32,141 bases of DNA. Source: an uncultured Candidatus Saccharibacteria bacterium. Its GTDB lineage: Bacteria > Patescibacteriota > Minisyncoccia > UBA6257 > UBA9933. The translations under genes were made by a program, and so were the position numbers. The DNA lies in assembly GCA_964362515.1 (NCBI GenBank), contig CAYIEP010000002.1, positions 1 through 32,141 of the forward strand, written 5' to 3'. Shown one piece after another: positions 16,395 to 23,772 of the stretch. Under the pieces are notes generated by a model. It ran no database searches, had not been told where the DNA came from, and was given only the letters and a program-made list of their open reading frames with translations. Positions within the stretch are counted from its first letter, which is position 1. Every line of letters starts with the position of its first letter.

Positions 16395-17096
16395 TTACTC
16401 TTTTATTTTGATGTCTGAAATTTTGCTGAAATGGTCAATTAAAACATTACAGGCTTTATGCAGGGCGCTTGACGGAGAAATACTTCCGTCTGTTTCTATA
16501 AAAAACTTTAATCTATTGTAGTCCGTTCTATCCCCCACGCGCATATTTTCAACGGAAAAATTAACCTTAACGATAGGAGTAAAAATAGCGTCTATGGCAA
16601 TCGTTTTAATCGGCAATTTTTCCATTTTTCTCGCTTCCACCGGAATATAACCAAGGCCCTTCTCAACGGTAATTTCCATTTCCAATTCAGAACTTTTTGA
16701 AGTTAATGTCGCTATATGGGCATCTTCGTTAATTATCTGAACTTGGTCGTTTGTCTTAATGTTTGAAGCTATTATCTTTTTCTCTCCTTTTGCTTTTAAG
16801 ATAAATACTTGAGGCTCTTCCGCGAAAAATTTAAATCTTATTCTCTTAAGATTAAGGGTTATTTCCATGACGTCTTCTTTTATTCCGGGAATTGTGGAGA
16901 ATTCGTGGTCAACGCCTTTTATTTTTATTTGAGTAACGGCCGCTCCGGGAAGAGAAGAAAATAAAACCCTGCGCAAAGCGTTCCCTGCGGTTAAACCGTA
17001 TCCGGCGTAAAGACCCTCCACCTCAAAAACTCCCTCTTTATCGGTTTCAGAAATTTTCTTTATTTTTACCGTTTCGCTTAATCTTGCGTATTCCAT
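16395..17096 (-). CDS. rpoA: DNA-directed RNA polymerase alpha subunit, N-terminal domain only (233 aa)
   Basis: GNALRRVLFSSLPGAAVTQIKIKGVDHEFSTIPGIKEDVMEITLNLK are alpha-NTD motifs. The ORF stops at residue 233 and rplQ starts 2 nt later. No linker or CTD sequence is present. Confidence 0.93.
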   Translation of the reverse strand: MEYARLSETVKIKKISETDKEGVFEVEGLYAGYGLTAGNALRRVLFSSLPGAAVTQIKIKGVDHEFSTIPGIKEDVMEITLNLKRIRFKFFAEEPQVFILKAKGEKKIIASNIKTNDQVQIINEDAHIATLTSKSSELEMEITVEKGLGYIPVEARKMEKLPIKTIAIDAIFTPIVKVNFSVENMRVGDRTDYNRLKFFIETDGSISPSSALHKACNVLIDHFSKISDIKIKE

Positions 17097-17713
17097 TATT
17101 TACTATAATAATCAACAACTAAATTAATATCAAATAAAATTTCTTCCGTCGTCGGCAAAGATTTCAGACGGCCCTCAAATTTATCTCTGTCAATTTCCAG
17201 CCAATGAGGGGAATTATGTTTCTTCATGGTAATCGGCAAATCATTAAAAATCAAGATGCCTTTTGATAAAGGATTTATGGAAATTATATCGCCAACCTTA
17301 ACAAGGTAAGAAGAAATTGTCATTTTCTTTCCGTTAACAAATATATGGCCGTGGCTGATTAATTGTCTTGCCACAACCCTTGAAGAAGAAAGCCCCGTTT
17401 TGAAAACAAAATTAGAAAGCCTCCTTTCAAGATTGGCTATTATGGTTTCTCCGATATTTCCCGTTCCCCTTTCAATGGCGGATTTAACCATTTTTTCAAG
17501 ATGAGCCTCGGTTAATCCGTAAGTGGCCTTTATTTTTTGTTTTTCCAGAAGCTGTTGGCTATATTCGGAAACGGTTCTTTTAAATCTTTTACCGTGCATT
17601 CCTGGACGATAAGGCCTTCTTATCATGACGCATTTGGGACCGCTACAACGCTCCCCTTTTAAAAAAAGTTTAACGCCTAAAGATCTTTCTCTTTTTTCTT
17701 TTATTCTTAACAT
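17096..17713 (-). CDS. rpsD: 30S ribosomal protein S4
   Basis: YRPGMHGKRFKRTVSEYSQQLLEKQK, S4-domain RRLSNFVFKTGLSSSRVVARQLISHGHIFVNGKK. TAATG overlap with rpoA. Confidence 0.96.
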   Translation of the reverse strand: MLRIKEKRERSLGVKLFLKGERCSGPKCVMIRRPYRPGMHGKRFKRTVSEYSQQLLEKQKIKATYGLTEAHLEKMVKSAIERGTGNIGETIIANLERRLSNFVFKTGLSSSRVVARQLISHGHIFVNGKKMTISSYLVKVGDIISINPLSKGILIFNDLPITMKKHNSPHWLEIDRDKFEGRLKSLPTTEEILFDINLVVDYYSK

Positions 17714-17718
17714 AAATA

Positions 17719-18180
17719 TTATACTCGCCTTACTTTGGGAGGCTTGGGACCGTTATGGGGAATCGGCGTCACGTCTTTTATGGAAAGTATATTAAATCCG
17801 TGACCGGCTAAAGACCTTACGGCCGAGTCCCTGCCGCTTCCCACTCCCTTAATCACCACATCAACATTAACCGAGCCTATTTTTTTAAGTTTTTCGGTTA
17901 TCGCGGCCGATACTTTTGAAGCCGCGAAGGGTGTTGCTTTTTTGGGACCGGAAAATCCCAATGCCCCGGCCGAAGACCAAGCTAAAATATTTCCATTCTT
18001 ATCGGCCGCGGCCATTATAGTATTATTATACGTCGCATTGATATAAATTTTTATATTGTCTATTTTAACCGTTTTTAACGAAGAGTCGCCCTTGGAAACT
18101 TTACTTATCGCGCTTTCCGATTTAGCGGTTTCTTTTAATATTTCTTCTTCGCTTTTTTTAATAACTTTTTTCTTCCCCAT
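17719..18180 (-). CDS. rpsK: 30S ribosomal protein S11 with an N-terminal extension of about 25 aa
   Basis: IYINATYNNTIMAAADKNGN ... GPKKATPFAA ... VVIKGVGSGRDSAVRSL ... DVTPIPHNGPKPPKVRR. Confidence 0.95.
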   Translation of the reverse strand: MGKKKVIKKSEEEILKETAKSESAISKVSKGDSSLKTVKIDNIKIYINATYNNTIMAAADKNGNILAWSSAGALGFSGPKKATPFAASKVSAAITEKLKKIGSVNVDVVIKGVGSGRDSAVRSLAGHGFNILSIKDVTPIPHNGPKPPKVRRV

Positions 18181-18188
18181 AAATTTAT

Positions 18189-18572
18189 TTATTTAAGTTC
18201 TGTTTTTCTTCTTCCGCTGCCGACTGTTTTCCTTACATTCCCTCTTACGGTTCTTGAATTGGTTTTTGTCCTTTGCCCTCTTACCGGAAGCCTTTTCGCG
18301 TGCCTTATTCCTTTATAGCTCTGGATTTCTTTCAGTCTATTTATATTCTGCCTGACGACTTGGCGGAGCTCCCCTTCAATCTTAAAGTTTTTTTCTATCG
18401 CCTCTTTTATTTTATTAACTTCTTCCGGCAATAAATCTTTCGCCTTTTTATTTAAATCTATTCCGGCGATTCCCAATATTTTTGCCGAAGAATAACGGCC
18501 TATTCCGTAAACATAAGTGAGCGCGATTTCAATCCGCTTATTATCGGGTATGTTTATTCCTATTAATCTCAT
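18189..18572 (-). CDS. rpsM: 30S ribosomal protein S13
   Basis: MRLIGINIPDNKRIEIALTYVYGIG ... YKGIRHAKRLPVRGQRTKTNSRT. Confidence 0.96.
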   Translation of the reverse strand: MRLIGINIPDNKRIEIALTYVYGIGRYSSAKILGIAGIDLNKKAKDLLPEEVNKIKEAIEKNFKIEGELRQVVRQNINRLKEIQSYKGIRHAKRLPVRGQRTKTNSRTVRGNVRKTVGSGRRKTELK

Positions 18573-18575
18573 TTT

Positions 18576-18692
18576 TTATCCCTGTCTTTGTTTATGTTTC
18601 GGACTTTTATCGCAAATAATGTAAATCCGTCCGTGTCTTTTAACGGTTTTGCAATTTTGACATATTTTCTTCACAGATGCTCTTACTTTCAT
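18576..18692 (-). CDS. rpmJ: 50S ribosomal protein L36 (38 aa; below the ORF-track length cutoff)
   Basis: Hand translation of the minus strand gives [38 protein letters not shown] then stop. ATGA overlap with the infA stop. rpsM starts 3 nt downstream. Confidence 0.92.
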   Translation of the reverse strand: MKVRASVKKICQNCKTVKRHGRIYIICDKSPKHKQRQG

Positions 18693-18904
18693 AATCTTCT
18701 TGTTATTCTTCCTCTTTTTTTATCCGGACTAAGCTCAAGCAAAACCCTGTCCCCCGGCAAAACTCTTATGTGATTCATTCTCATTTTGCCGGCAAGATAA
18801 GCGATTATCTCATTATCATCGCCGAGTTTCACCTTGAAGGTGGCGGCCGGTAAGGCCTCCATAACGATTCCTTCAACGGGTTTCTCTTTTTTATTATCGG
18901 GCAT
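18689..18904 (-). CDS. infA: translation initiation factor IF-1
   Basis: [60 protein letters not shown] (S1-like fold signature). Confidence 0.95.
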   Translation of the reverse strand: MPDNKKEKPVEGIVMEALPAATFKVKLGDDNEIIAYLAGKMRMNHIRVLPGDRVLLELSPDKKRGRITRRL

Positions 18905-18913
18905 GTAATAAAA

Positions 18914-18942
18914 ATATTACGGAGCAAAGACTTAAAAGTCAA
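18914..18942 (-). promoter_or_regulatory. Candidate sigma70-type promoter directly abutting the infA start codon
   Basis: Minus sense TTGACT (18942-18937), 17 nt, TAATAT (18919-18914), then 9 nt to the ATG at 18904. No Shine-Dalgarno sequence in between. Confidence 0.4.
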
Positions 18943-18952
18943 GCTTTATGAT

Positions 18953-20338
18953 TTATTGAATTTCTATTTCTATTTTTTCTTCGTTTAACGGCACTTTTTT
19001 AATCCATCTTGGCCAAAAAGAAATAGTCGCTTTTTCTATGTCGGAAACGGAATAAATAATATCTTTTAATTCTCCTTCCTTTTTCCCCGCCACGCTCTTT
19101 TTAAAATCATTGATGTTTATCGACTTTTCAAAAATTCCATAGAAATTAACGGCAAAGGAAATTTGCCCGGCTTTAATGTCCAATCGCGGAGCGCCATATT
19201 CAAGCTTATAGGTTTTTAATTTAAATTCGGACCTGATATTTCCTTCGGCTAATTTTTCAAAAAGATTTTTTATGTCTGATTCTTTAAAAACTATTATTGA
19301 ATATTCCCCTTCCATAAATATTCCGTAATTGCCTTTTTCGTCCGGCGATTGAGAAATTTCTTCTTTAACAACCGTAAATTGTTTCCCGCCGTCGATAATT
19401 TTAAAGTCCCGCGGTATCTGAAGAATTAAAAACGCTTCTATGATTTTTTTTAAGTCTTCGGCCGCGCTTAATCGAGCTTTTTTAATATCTTCTTCCGTCG
19501 GGAAAGATTCCTCGCCGATAAATCCTCCCTTCATCGGTTCTTTGGACTCCGCGTAAAAACCTTGATATTTGGGAGACCCTTCAAATCCCGGAATAGAAAA
19601 TCTTCCGACCGAGCCGATATTGTATTTTTCGCCCGGCTCGTCCGCGGTTATTCCCGCTTCAACGCTCGAAGGAACTATTTTGCCGTCGGTTATTTTCGCT
19701 CCGGGAACTATAAATTCCGCGTTCAAACGAAAAATTTTCCCGTCCGGAGAAGAAAGCCTTGTTCCGACAACCAATTTCTGGATATCGGAGCTGTAAGCGT
19801 TATAAATTATTATTTTCCCGGAAGCTTTTCTTTCAACGTTTCTTTTGCCCGTTGCCTGAAAAGAAAAATTAAAATTCTTTTTTTGGGAAAAAATTTCCGC
19901 CGGAATTTGTTTTGAGGACACGTCTATTTCGCCGGTATTTTTTGAAGCGATTACCGAATCAATATAATTCCATTCATCTTTCTTGGTTATTATTTTTATT
20001 TTTGTTTTAGCCATTAAGGTGGGGATTAAAATGGCCGTCGCTAAAATAAGAGCTAAAATTAAAGAAACTAAAATAAGTTTTTTGTATAATTTCCTGTTTT
20101 TTGCCTTTCTCTCTTTTTTTTCTTTATCCTCTTCTTTAAATTTTTCTATTTCTTTTTCTTCAAATTCTTCAAATTTCCGTTCAAATTCTTTAACTGTCTT
20201 TTCTTCGTTTTTCTCTTTCTTCTCTTTTAAAGATTTAAAAAAAGAGCCGTCCTTGTTCGTGTTGGCTGGCGCGGAATTAGAAGGCGCGGAGGCCGGCCTT
20301 ATTATATCCGTCATTTTTACTTTTTTCTTTTCCTCCAT
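18953..20338 (-). CDS. hypothetical membrane-anchored protein (K/E-rich N-terminus, one TM helix, about 340-aa external domain)
   Basis: 461-aa ORF. Charged low-complexity residues 30-85, hydrophobic segment LILVSLILALILATAILIPTLMA, then a beta-rich-looking domain. From memory it resembles proteins annotated baseplate J-like in CPR genomes; unverified. Confidence 0.6.
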   Translation of the reverse strand: MEEKKKVKMTDIIRPASAPSNSAPANTNKDGSFFKSLKEKKEKNEEKTVKEFERKFEEFEEKEIEKFKEEDKEKKERKAKNRKLYKKLILVSLILALILATAILIPTLMAKTKIKIITKKDEWNYIDSVIASKNTGEIDVSSKQIPAEIFSQKKNFNFSFQATGKRNVERKASGKIIIYNAYSSDIQKLVVGTRLSSPDGKIFRLNAEFIVPGAKITDGKIVPSSVEAGITADEPGEKYNIGSVGRFSIPGFEGSPKYQGFYAESKEPMKGGFIGEESFPTEEDIKKARLSAAEDLKKIIEAFLILQIPRDFKIIDGGKQFTVVKEEISQSPDEKGNYGIFMEGEYSIIVFKESDIKNLFEKLAEGNIRSEFKLKTYKLEYGAPRLDIKAGQISFAVNFYGIFEKSININDFKKSVAGKKEGELKDIIYSVSDIEKATISFWPRWIKKVPLNEEKIEIEIQ

Positions 20339-20409
20339 TTTATTAATTGCTTAATTACTAAAATACTATTCTTTTCCGTTTTTATCAATATTATCCATTA
20401 AAAAATTTA

Positions 20410-22113
20410 TTATTTAAAAACATCCGCCCTGACTCTTCTTGTTCCGACTCCAACGGCCTCTTCTTTAAGTATCTTAAATTCTCCTATTTCTGAAAGCTTC
20501 TCCACGTGAGGACCGCCGCAGAATTCTTTGCTAAAAGCGTTTTCAATGGATTTCCCCATATAATAAACTTTAACTTTGTCGGGATATTTTTCTTTGAAAA
20601 AATGAAGCGCTCCGGTTTTTTCCGCTTCTTCTTTGGGAAGTTCGATGAAGTTAACGGAGTGGCCTTCTTTTATTTTTTGATTAATCAAAATTTCAATTTT
20701 TTTCTTTTCTTCTTCCGTAAGTTTTCTTGAAAAAGAAAAATCAAAGCGCGTTCTTTCCGATGCGATGTCCGAACCCATTTGTTTTACGTCTTTTCCCAAG
20801 ACTTCTCTTAATGCCCAATGGAGCAAATGGGTGGCCGTATGAAGCCTTGTCACTTTTTTTAATTCTTCTTCATTCGCCGCCCTAAGTTCGCCGGTATTCA
20901 GTATCAGTCCGTGACCGCCGAATTTTTTCTCCGCGCCGGCCCTTGATAATTCTTGATGTTTTTCGAATTCTTTATCAAAAGATTCTCGGGTAAGATTTTT
21001 CGCTTTCTCACCGCTTAAATCTTTAATCGCTTCGTAAGGCAATCCATAACTTTGAAAAATTTTAAACGCCGAAGATGTATCAATAATATCCAACTTATCT
21101 AATTCACGACTACCAATGGCTAGTGTTTTTTCAAAGTTTGATAATTCTTCTTTGAAAACAACAAAAATTTTATTACGATTTAAATTCGGATATATACTTT
21201 TATAAGAATCAATTATCTTGTCTAAAAGAGTATAAAATTCGTTCGAAAAGCCTAATATTTTCACAATATAACGACGAGCAATTCGACGCAGAATATATCC
21301 GGCATTTTTATTGGAAGGCAAAACTCCGTCCGCTGTCAAAAAAACAATAGCGCGAGCATGATCAATAATTACTCTTTTTATTGAATCGGATAAATGTTTT
21401 GGCAAGTAATCGATAAAAGATTTAAATAAATCCGTTTCAAAAATAGTTTTCTTTTTTTGAACTGCCATCGCGAGCCGCTCAAGTCCCATACCCGTATCCA
21501 CGCCCGGATTTTTTACTTTTTCAAATCTTCCGTCTAAATGTTTATAGTATTCGTTAAAAACCAAGTTCCAGATTTCCACGCCATTTACGTATATTTCAGT
21601 TGTCGGTCCGCAAGGACCTTCATTGCCGGTCGGACCCCAAAAATTATCCTCCCGTCCCATTTTTTTTATATTTCCGATTCCCAACGATTTCCAAATCTTT
21701 TCAGAATCGTCGTCGGCCGGAATCTGATTATCTCCTTTAAAAACGCTCACATAGTCAATCGTAAGCTTCATTTCTTTCGTTATAAATTCGTGCGCGTACC
21801 TAATCGTCCCCTCTTTGAAATAGTCGCCGAAAGAAAAATTTCCCAACATTTCGAAAAACGTGAGATGTGATTCGTCTCCCACATTATCAATATCGGACGT
21901 ACGAAACGATTTCTGAATTGAGGCGACATTCTTATTCCCGAAATCCTTCATCGGATCGGCTTTGCCCACGAAATAGGGCTTAAATTGCTGCATTCCGGCG
22001 GTAGTTAAAAGAACGGAGGGATCGTCCGGAATCAAAGATGAAGAGGGAATTATTTTATGGCCTTTTTTCTCAAAAAATTCCAAAAAAGATTTTCTAATTT
22101 GTTCGGAATTCAT
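20410..22113 (-). CDS. alaS: alanine--tRNA ligase, short form (567 aa, ends after the editing domain)
   Basis: MNSEQIRKSFLEFFEKKGHKIIPSSSLIP, TTAGMQQFKPYF, GNFSFGDYFK, DTGMGLERL. Editing motifs HTATHLLHWALREVLG and CGGPHV. Stop shortly after GVGTRRVRA. Confidence 0.93.
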   Translation of the reverse strand: MNSEQIRKSFLEFFEKKGHKIIPSSSLIPDDPSVLLTTAGMQQFKPYFVGKADPMKDFGNKNVASIQKSFRTSDIDNVGDESHLTFFEMLGNFSFGDYFKEGTIRYAHEFITKEMKLTIDYVSVFKGDNQIPADDDSEKIWKSLGIGNIKKMGREDNFWGPTGNEGPCGPTTEIYVNGVEIWNLVFNEYYKHLDGRFEKVKNPGVDTGMGLERLAMAVQKKKTIFETDLFKSFIDYLPKHLSDSIKRVIIDHARAIVFLTADGVLPSNKNAGYILRRIARRYIVKILGFSNEFYTLLDKIIDSYKSIYPNLNRNKIFVVFKEELSNFEKTLAIGSRELDKLDIIDTSSAFKIFQSYGLPYEAIKDLSGEKAKNLTRESFDKEFEKHQELSRAGAEKKFGGHGLILNTGELRAANEEELKKVTRLHTATHLLHWALREVLGKDVKQMGSDIASERTRFDFSFSRKLTEEEKKKIEILINQKIKEGHSVNFIELPKEEAEKTGALHFFKEKYPDKVKVYYMGKSIENAFSKEFCGGPHVEKLSEIGEFKILKEEAVGVGTRRVRADVFK

Positions 22114-22170
22114 TCTCTTAGTTGTAAGATTTCATAGCGTCGTTTACATTTTACAGCAGAAAATCTTTTC

Positions 22171-22357
22171 CCGCCAGCAAGAGAAAAAGATGTTTTTTCA
22201 ATCCGCTCACGGATTTGTTTTTTCAGAACCAGTTTAGCCAGCAAGAAAAAAGATTTTTACTGAAACCTTAATCCGTCAGCTGACGGACAGCCTCGCCATT
22301 TTCGTAAAAATGGCGGGCGTGAGCGGATTGAAGAAAAATCTTTTTTCTTGCTTACGG
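22171..22357. repeat. 187-nt inverted-repeat element: about 40-nt imperfect terminal arms plus an internal third copy of the arm core
   Basis: 22171-22211 pairs with 22318-22357 (a perfect 15-bp core at 22197-22211 with 22318-22332, then an A/T-rich extension with a few mismatches). gcaagaaaaaagattttt at 22241-22258 is the perfect reverse complement of 22334-22351. Internal hairpins lie at 22294-22315 and 22271-22288. Confidence 0.8.
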
Positions 22358-22400
22358 ATATGTCTCCAATAAAGTAAATTGTTTTGAAGAACATCCCGCA

Positions 22401-22455
22401 GTCCCGATTGGCTTGGTTCCCGTTCCGCCAGCTAGCGGAACAGGACAATCGGGAC
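22401..22455 (-). other. GC-rich 55-nt hairpin about 40 nt downstream of the rpoD stop
   Basis: gtcccgattg (22401-22410) pairs with caatcgggac (22446-22455). The inner stem 22418-22428/22435-22445 is continuous only on the minus strand (plus-strand C/A becomes G-U). No canonical U-tract follows. Confidence 0.5.
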
Positions 22456-22497
22456 GAGGGGGAAGAAAATCTTATCGCTGGAATAAAATTATTCCGG

Positions 22498-23766
22498 TTA
22501 GTATTCCCTTAATTGCTTTGCCTTATCGTGCTTTTTCATTTTTTCCAAAGCCTTGGCTTCTATTTGACGGATTCTTTCTCTTGTCACTCCGAATTTATTT
22601 CCCACCTCTTCAAGAGTATGAGTGATTCCGTCCCCTAGACCGAATCTAAGTCTTAAAATTTCCTGTTCTCTGGGAACCAAATCAACTAAAATTTCTTTTA
22701 TTTTATTTTTTAAAAGCGCTTGAGCCGCCATTTGAGAAGGCGTCAAGCTTTTTTCGTCTTTTATGAATTCCGAAAGACTAGTCTCTTCATCGCTGTCTCC
22801 GACCGGCGCTTCCAATGAAATAACTTCTTGAGATATTTTTTGGAGATATCTTATCTTATCAACGGTTGTTCCAATCTCTATCGCTATTTCTTCGGCTAAC
22901 GGCTCTCTCCCTAATTCCTGTAAAAGCTTTCTTTTCATTTGGGTATATTTGGAAATTGTTTCTATCATATGAACCGGAATCCTGATGATTCTCGATTGAT
23001 CGGCTAAGGCCCTTGTAATGGCCTGTCTTATCCACCAAGTGGCGTAAGTTGAAAATTTAAATCCTCTTCTATAATCAAATTTATCAACCGCCCTTGAAAG
23101 ACCGATGTTCCCTTCCTGAATTAGGTCCAAAATATTTAAATGAGGACTGCGATATGCGTATCTTTTTGCTATTGAAACGACAAGTCTTAAGTTTGCCGTA
23201 ATAATTTTATGTCTAGATTTTTCGTCGCCTTTTTCCGCTTTTTTCGCCAAATATTTTTCTTCATCTCCCGTTAAAAGAGAAACCTTGCCTATTTCTTTAA
23301 GATACATTTGGACCGCGTCCGGCAATCCAAGGCCTTTTATTTCTGTCGCTTCTTTTAATTCTTCTTCTGATACCTCAATTTTATCCGGCGAATCAACCAA
23401 TTGGGCCGTTTCAATAATTTTTACCTTGGCGGCGTTTAATTGGCCGTGAATATATTCAAGAAAAGGCGTGTCTTCCTCCGCTTTCGGAAAATAAGAGAAA
23501 ATCTCCAAATCCGTCACATACCCTCTATCCTTGGCGGAACTTATAAGTTCGCCCATAACGCTTTCTTTTTTTTCTTTTTTCGGTTTTTTAACGATCGGCG
23601 AAGCGGATTTTTTTATCACAGAGGCTTTTTTCTTTTTGAGCTTTTTCTTTTTTTTCTTAACAAGCTTTTTTATTTTCCTCTTTTTCTTAATAAGCTTTTT
23701 TGTCTTCTTCTTTTTTTTATGGCGCTTAGCCGCAATATTTTTCTTCTTTTTTCTTTTTTGTTTCAT
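22498..23766 (-). CDS. rpoD: RNA polymerase sigma factor (sigma70/RpoD family) with a poly-lysine N-terminal region
   Basis: Regions 1.2-4.2 recognisable ([69 protein letters not shown]). The first 70 residues are almost all K/R. Confidence 0.93.
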   Translation of the reverse strand: MKQKRKKKKNIAAKRHKKKKKTKKLIKKKRKIKKLVKKKKKKLKKKKASVIKKSASPIVKKPKKEKKESVMGELISSAKDRGYVTDLEIFSYFPKAEEDTPFLEYIHGQLNAAKVKIIETAQLVDSPDKIEVSEEELKEATEIKGLGLPDAVQMYLKEIGKVSLLTGDEEKYLAKKAEKGDEKSRHKIITANLRLVVSIAKRYAYRSPHLNILDLIQEGNIGLSRAVDKFDYRRGFKFSTYATWWIRQAITRALADQSRIIRIPVHMIETISKYTQMKRKLLQELGREPLAEEIAIEIGTTVDKIRYLQKISQEVISLEAPVGDSDEETSLSEFIKDEKSLTPSQMAAQALLKNKIKEILVDLVPREQEILRLRFGLGDGITHTLEEVGNKFGVTRERIRQIEAKALEKMKKHDKAKQLREY

Positions 23767-23772
23767 AGTTTT

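Noticed and set aside
22114-22497. T-box leader or tmRNA upstream of alaS.
   Set aside because: There is no UGGNACC-type T-box sequence or specifier-loop arrangement on the minus strand. There is also no tRNA-like acceptor/T-arm and no tag reading frame ending in a stop as tmRNA requires.
22257-22625. ORFs 22257-22448 (minus, 63 aa) and 22413-22625 (plus, 70 aa) in or near the rpoD-alaS spacer.
   Set aside because: They traverse hairpin arms, and the plus ORF runs antisense into the rpoD 3' end. The composition is driven by the GC-rich stems and there are no motifs.
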